Shown one piece after another: positions 58,536 through 64,000 of a DNA stretch of 64,000 bases. The translations under genes and the position numbers were made by a program. Positions within the stretch are counted from its first letter, which is position 1, and every line of letters begins with the position of its first letter. The DNA is from Ignavibacteriota bacterium. GTDB taxonomy: Bacteria > Bacteroidota > Ignavibacteria > UBA10030 > UBA6906. The DNA lies in the NCBI GenBank assembly GCA_963801355.1, contig CAWDEM010000008.1:960001-1024000 (forward strand), written 5' to 3'. Below the pieces are notes generated by a model. The model was not told the DNA's origin. It ran no database searches and saw only the letters and a program-made list of their open reading frames with translations.

Positions 58536-59537
58536 TCACTGCGAAGGATGGAGGTTCGTCACGAAACCCATCTCTCCAAGCCACGCTTCACAGATCAAAG
58601 TCCAGAGACCGGCCGAGCCTGGGTTGTTTCGCAGAGCAATTTTGTGCTCCCCATAGGGGAATACGTGCAAACTTGCAGAGACACCCTTTTCCACGAGTGC
58701 CTGCTGGAAGAGCAGGCTGTTTTGTAGCGGAACGACATTGTCGTTCACCGCGTGCACGAGAAACGCCGGCGGGGTCGTGCTGGTCACCTGCGTCTCGTTC
58801 GAATACTTTTCGACAAGAGCGGGTGAAGCTTCCGGGCCGAGGAGGTTGCTGCGAGAACCAACGTGCGCAAAAGATCCCAGATTGATGACCGGAGAGATGA
58901 GTATCATGAAATCAGGCCGGAAGGAGACCCTATCGAGGGAATCGCCTATGGAGGCAACATCTTCTCCGTGTGTCCCGACTGTCGATGCAAGATGCCCTCC
59001 CGCGGAAGTTCCCATCACACCGATCCTGTCGTGCCTGATCCCCCACTGCGCGCTGTGCGCCCGTACGATTCGAATCGCCCGCTGCGCGTCCTGAAGAGGG
59101 GCAATCTGCCGCTCCACGAGGTCGGGGGACGTAGGGAGACGGTAGATCAACACAAACGCCGTCACGCCGAAGGTATTGAACCACTTCGCAAGTTGCAGTC
59201 CGGCACTCTCGTAGGCAAGTCGCTCGTATCCTCCGCCGGGGCAGATGACAACCGCGGCTCCTTTGTTTTCCGCGGCAGGCGGGAAGAACGCCAGCAGCCG
59301 TGGCACGCCAACCTGCGTGATACGATGATCGACGATCACTTCTTCAACAATGATTCCCCTGGAGTTCGGCATTTTCTTTTCCGGCCAGAGGCGGATAGTT
59401 TCTTGGGCGCCTGCAGTCTGGATAAGGCTCAACCCGATGACAATCAGCAAGCTGATGTGGAGGATCCCGGGGCGAGCAGCGAGAAGAACCGATAGTATCC
59501 GTGCGCACAGTGGGTGGGCGAATGTTCGCATGGTCAT
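58536..59537 (-). CDS. Alpha/beta hydrolase, probable pectin acetylesterase-like esterase
   Basis: CPGGGY, GTSAGGH nucleophile elbow, D..V and H triad region; pectin-locus context. Start approximate. Confidence 0.8.
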   Translation of the reverse strand: MTMRTFAHPLCARILSVLLAARPGILHISLLIVIGLSLIQTAGAQETIRLWPEKKMPNSRGIIVEEVIVDHRITQVGVPRLLAFFPPAAENKGAAVVICPGGGYERLAYESAGLQLAKWFNTFGVTAFVLIYRLPTSPDLVERQIAPLQDAQRAIRIVRAHSAQWGIRHDRIGVMGTSAGGHLASTVGTHGEDVASIGDSLDRVSFRPDFMILISPVINLGSFAHVGSRSNLLGPEASPALVEKYSNETQVTSTTPPAFLVHAVNDNVVPLQNSLLFQQALVEKGVSASLHVFPYGEHKIALRNNPGSAGLWTLICEAWLGEMGFVTNLHPSQ

Positions 59538-59686
59538 GTGCGTGTTTGTTTGAAAGAGGTGTTCATTATGTGGTGTTGCCGGTGACCGGGAGCCTTCCAT
59601 CAATTTCCCGCTTCGAAGTTTAGGAGGAGATGCTATGCCGTAACCGGCGTCATCCTTATGTACATTCAGAATCCAGATGGCAGCGT

Positions 59687-60675
59687 TCACTTTGCTGGCC
59701 GGACTGGTTTCCATCCATCCGAACCTGCAAGCACAGTCTGTGGAGTGATCTTCTCTGCTTCTTCCTTGCTCAGCTGGCGTGACCAGGGCACGCGCGTTGA
59801 CGGGCTGGCTCCCGGACCGTAGTTCTTGTACTCCAGGTACCGGGCGGTCAATTCGGCTTCGGGCTTGCTCCAGTTGTGCCATCCCTCCGGCAGGATATGC
59901 TTGCCCAGATCGCAGCGGATGAATGCAGTATATGCATAGAGCCGCCACGGACGGCCAAGGTAGACTTTCGTGGTCTCCGAGTCGGCCAAAAGTTTACAGT
60001 CCAGGAAAACAAACCCGAACTTCTGGGCTGCCGGTGTTGAGGCGGCCGTGATGTACGAATTCTTCTTGCACATGATCGTACAGCGCTCGAACACCGCTGT
60101 GCTCGGGCCGAAGATGAAATCGGTTGTTCCTTCGATATAGCAGTCAGTAAAATACTGCCGGCAGTATTCTCCGGCACCCAGGAGCGTGTCCTGGTTGCCA
60201 ATGAACCTGCAGTTCCGGAATACGCACCGGTCCCCTTCCACATGCATCGCCACCGCCTGTCCAACGCGGCCCGCGGAGTTGATGAACGTAATGTTCTCGA
60301 CGGTGATGTCGGTTCCTGAGATGCGGCAGGTATGCGAAGTAAATGTGCCGTGCTTCCGCCCGCTGGTGTCGAGCTTGCCCGAATAGTCGTTGTATGTTAC
60401 AATCGTGCTGTCCACAGACTCGCCCATCAGGGTGATGCGTCGTTTCCAGGAAGGGATTATCAGCTTCTCCTCGTAGATGCCATTCTTCACGAATATCGTG
60501 TAGTCCCGTTCGGAATAATCGCGGCAGGCGGTTACAGCATCCTGAATTGTTGTGAAATTCCCGCTGCCATCCTTCGCAACCACGAAATCGTACGCGGGAT
60601 CAGTGACTCCGCCTGATGCGCTCGCACAGGTCAGGACAAGAAGTCCAATCACGTGAACGGCTCTGATGCATACAT
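59687..60675 (-). CDS. Pectin methylesterase (CE8); start likely disrupted by an indel
   Basis: VAKDGSGNFTTIQDA, GQAVA, GNQDTL, EGTTDFIFG, YLGRPW. The RBS-proximal ATG at 60675 is out of frame with the GTG ORF at 60652. Confidence 0.92.
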
Positions 60676-62418
60676 GAGATTCCTTCCTTCATTTCAGACA
60701 GGAGCAAAGCTTTTTTCTCTTTGAGACAGGAAGCCTTCTGCTCATTTCCTGGGGGAATTGCGCGGACATGGAACCAGTCCACATCGGCATATCCCGCAGC
60801 TGCAGCCCGGGCAGGTGCCGAACTAAAGAGGCCTACTTTGGCGCCCACCCATACCCCTTCCCTGGCAACAAAGACTTCTCCAATCCGGGCGTAGCTGGCC
60901 CCGTCCAGGCTATAACTGAAGCTACAACGCACTTTGGGGATGATTTCTTCAGGGTTCTCCGGCTTCACATCAACGCGAAACGTCACTGTGGGGCCCTTCA
61001 CGTCCACCGAATCAATAGTCTGCTCGGGGCTCCCCTTGTCGGCTTTCCGGCAGACATTCTGAATCAGCCGGAAGCCATGCCTCGTCTTCTGGATGCCGAC
61101 ATAGGCATAGTCCATCCCGAAGATGATGAGTCCTGCGACCTCCCCCGCTTTCTTTGCGTGGAGGTCCAGGCGGCTGGTTGCGCTGAATGCGGGGGCAGGC
61201 AGTTTTTGGAGCATCAGGGCCGCAACATCCCAGAGATTCCGAGTCGAGTCTGTAAACAGCTGCGAGCGCAAACGCATGCGCCCCTTTTCCAGCGAGTACC
61301 AGTCGCTGTCCGGATTCCCGTTCCATTGCCATTGCATCCCGATAGCGGGGAAATCAAATTCATCGGATGTCTGCGGTTCGTCGCGCGGACCCTTGTAGTC
61401 GACTTTCGGTTTTCCAAACGACTTCACCGGCTCCCCGATGCCGTTCTTATCATAGTCGATTCCGATTACAGGCCAGTCGTCTACCCATCGCATCGGTTCA
61501 AGGTGGATTACCCGTCCATAGGCATAGCGGTCCTGAAAATGCACGAACCAGTCTTCGCCTCCGCGTGTATCCACCCAGGCTCCCTGGTGCGGACCGTTGA
61601 CGTTTGTGCTCCCCTGCTCGAGGACCTTCCTGTCTTCGTACGGCCCGAAGACAGACTTCGACCGCAAGACGGTTTGCCAACCCGGCTTCACTCCCCCTGC
61701 GGGCGCGAATATGTAGTAGTAGCCGTTCCGCTTGTAGAGTTTCGGACCCTCGATTGTGGGATGATTGGCGTGGCCGACGAAGACGACAATCCCGTCGTCG
61801 AGGATGGCAGTCCCTTCCGGGTTCATTTTGTTGATAGCCAGAATGCTCTTGATACCTGCTCTGCTGTTTGCCCAGGCGTGGACAAGATAGGCGGTGCCGT
61901 CGTCATCCCAGAACGGACAGGTATCGATCCACCCCGTGACCTTACGGATGAGCGTGAGAGGTTCCCAGGGTCCGGCGGGGTTCTTTGATTTCGTCATGAA
62001 CACACCGCGGTCGGGATCCCCGAAGTAGATGTAGAACTCCCCATTGTGGAACCGGATTGCCGGTGCCCAGACGCCCATGCCATGTTGCGGTGCATTGAAC
62101 AGCTCGGAGGGATACCGCTGGATGGCATGACCGATGATGCGCCAGTTCACGAGATCGCGTGAATGGAGCACTGGCAGACCCGGGAAGTGCGCAAAGCTCG
62201 AAGCGGTCAGATAGAAATCATCGCCAACGCGGATCGCATCGGGGTCGGAATAATCGGCATACAGCACAGGGTTAGAGTAGGTACCGTCTCCGTTGTCAGC
62301 GTGCCACACCAGACTGTCCGGCGGCGTTGTATCCGGCAGCCCGCCGGCGGCACCGCAAACAGCAATGGCGGCCGCGCTGACTGCGACCGCCATGACAGAA
62401 ATGGATGAACCGGTGCAT
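60600..62418 (-). CDS. GH43 glycoside hydrolase with C-terminal beta-sandwich; both ends likely affected by indels
   Basis: NPVLYADYSDPD, WAPAIR, IDTCPFWDDDG, IEGPK, HQG. The real start is probably MHRFIH at 62418 and the real stop near 60743. Confidence 0.88.
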
Positions 62419-62435
62419 GATGATACACCAGCTCG

Positions 62436-63370
62436 CTATTTCTGCAAAACCATTTTCAGTGTTCGCGAGAAGTTTCCGGCTTCGATCTTGTAGAAGTAGA
62501 CGCCCGACGGCATGCCGGTGGCGTTCCACGTTGCACTATGTATGCCTGCTTCCCGGAACCCGTTCACGAGCGTTGCGACTTCCATTCCGAGCAGATTGTA
62601 CACACCAAGTTTCACATTGCCGGCCTGCGGCAGTTGATAGCTGATCCCGGTCGTCGGGTTAAACGGGTTGGGATAGTTTTGCCCGAGTGCATACGTCGAG
62701 GGGATATGGTGGACCTGGTCGTCCACGGCGGTGGATGACGTTGTCGTTCCGCTGATTACAGCAAGCTGAGAGTAGACATACTTCGAAGTTGACGCCGCGC
62801 CGTTGTACCACGGGTAGATGCGGAAATACAGGGTCTCTGCCGGCGTTCACGGTCTTCTTGCATGGCATATGCGTACCGTTTCGCCCCGACGTTTGTCGCA
62901 TGGGGGAGGTTGATTGCCGTATCGGAGTTCAGAATGGTCTTCGCGACAAATGTCGGATCGGTTGAGAAGTAGAAATTCGATCCACATGTTGCCAGTGCCG
63001 CCGCCGGCTGACCAGAAACTGATTGAATCGGAAGTAAATGTGTTTCCCGGTTTGGGCGATGACAGCAAGCTGAATGTAGCGATCGGCGACTTCGGTGGTT
63101 TCCGGTCCCCAGGAGACGCCGGTTCCCGGCCACCACCTCATAAATGTACCGAGTGGACCGGCATTCGCCCCCGGTGTAATCACGGATGAAGAATGTCGAA
63201 CCTGAAATCGTGTCGGCCGTCAGCTGGCCGACGATCGTGGATGGCCTGACGCTGTCGGGGGCGACAAGATTCCATGTGACCGATGCTGGCTGCTGCCCGA
63301 ACGCGATGACCGGGAATATGCCCACGAGAATTGCGAGTGCTAAGAGAAGACGGGGTAATCGGGTTTTCAT
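62436..63370 (-). CDS. Secreted single-domain protein + T9SS CTD, broken by about 5 single-base frameshifts
   Basis: Signal peptide MKTRLPRLLLALAI with RBS; fragments tile across frames into YPWYNGAASTSKYVY...QNYPNPFNPTT CTD. Confidence 0.75.
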
Positions 63371-63507
63371 GGTCGCTCCTTACATGTGAATATGACGATC
63401 TGATGTGTCTTTTTGATTAACGTTGACTTTACCGTTGACTTCGAAGACGCTATTCCCGCGCAAGCCGGGGGCTCCGTTGTCAAGGGCAAGGCCAGGAGGA
63501 ATGATAA

Positions 63508-63536
63508 ATAATAAAGGTTTGCCCGGAAAGAGTCAA
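63508..63536 (-). promoter_or_regulatory. Putative sigma70 promoter
   Basis: Minus strand TTGACT-N17-TATTAT. Confidence 0.6.
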
Positions 63537-63669
63537 GAAAAACGACGAGCAGGGGGGCATTTGGTGAGGCGAAGCCTGACTTTTTCCATGGCAACGAGTG
63601 GGTCACCCCCCATCCCCGCAGGGCTGGGGCCAAGGGGTCTAACCCTTATCCTTGAACCTCCTGCATATC

Positions 63670-64000
63670 TTACCGCAGGATCATGAGGCGCTTTGTTTCC
63701 ACACAGCCATCCACCTGCAACCGGTAGATGTACGAACCACTGGAGAGTCCGGTCCCGTCAAACGTGACCGCATAATCCCCAGGCGGTCTCCGATCATCCA
63801 CCAGGACCGCCACCTCCCGGCCGAGCATGTCGTAGACGCAGATCCGCACCCACCTATTGCCTATTGCCTCGTGCCTACTGCCTGTTCCCGGTACTGTGTA
63901 GCCTATCGTCGTACCCGGATTGAAAGGGTTCGGATAGTTCTGGGCAAGGCTGAACGCGACCGGCATCTCCGTGACGGGGTTGTGTTCGACACCGGTCACG
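63670..64000 (-). CDS. C-terminal T9SS sorting domain of a protein starting outside the window
   Basis: FSLAQNYPNPFNP...VYDMLGREVAVLV...LSSGSYIYRL...KRLMILR. Confidence 0.88.
   Translation of the reverse strand, partial: VTGVEHNPVTEMPVAFSLAQNYPNPFNPGTTIGYTVPGTGSRHEAIGNRWVRICVYDMLGREVAVLVDDRRPPGDYAVTFDGTGLSSGSYIYRLQVDGCVETKRLMILR

Noticed and set aside
62436-63370. True pseudogene
   Set aside because: All shifts go in the same direction, and the promoter, RBS, signal peptide and CTD are intact, so an artefact is more likely.
63410-63445. cgttgactt direct repeat as an operator
   Set aside because: Only two short copies and no matching sites recognised at other promoters; too weak to call.
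1-64000. tRNA, rRNA, transposase, integrase or prophage genes
   Set aside because: None recognised by eye; nearly all sequence is accounted for by the listed CDSs.

Overview
GC-rich window from an FCB-superphylum bacterium, most likely Ignavibacteria-like: it has T9SS genes but canonical TTGACA-N17-TATAAT-type promoters and GGAGG ribosome-binding sites. From left to right: (1) a sprA-porX-tsaE-tsaB-accD-panC operon, divergent from lptFG; (2) a porU-porV operon extended by a catalytically degenerate M6-like/FG-GAP T9SS cargo protein, a metallopeptidase-PD40-Omp85-like protein and a small outer-membrane protein, preceded by a long rod-shaped leader RNA with an intrinsic terminator; (3) glgA-gmhB-lipoprotein-FadL-like barrel-glyA-tatC-polyprenyl synthase; (4) a likely complete bacterial ceramide pathway (spt, bCerS, CerR) coupled to ilvE; (5) an L-arabinose operon with a FucI-like isomerase in place of AraA and duplicated gene junctions; (6) a pectin-utilisation locus (PL1, GH28, CE8, esterase, GH43) with no SusD. 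Its TonB-dependent transporter is instead followed by a T9SS-CTD protein, a dedicated PorV-like barrel and a FadL-like barrel, and it contains a recurring unrecognised secreted domain. Several REP-like and short tandem repeats are present. No rRNA, tRNA, CRISPR or transposase was seen. Single-base frameshifts, concentrated at the right end, look like sequencing errors. All assignments come from motif recognition by eye, not database searches.
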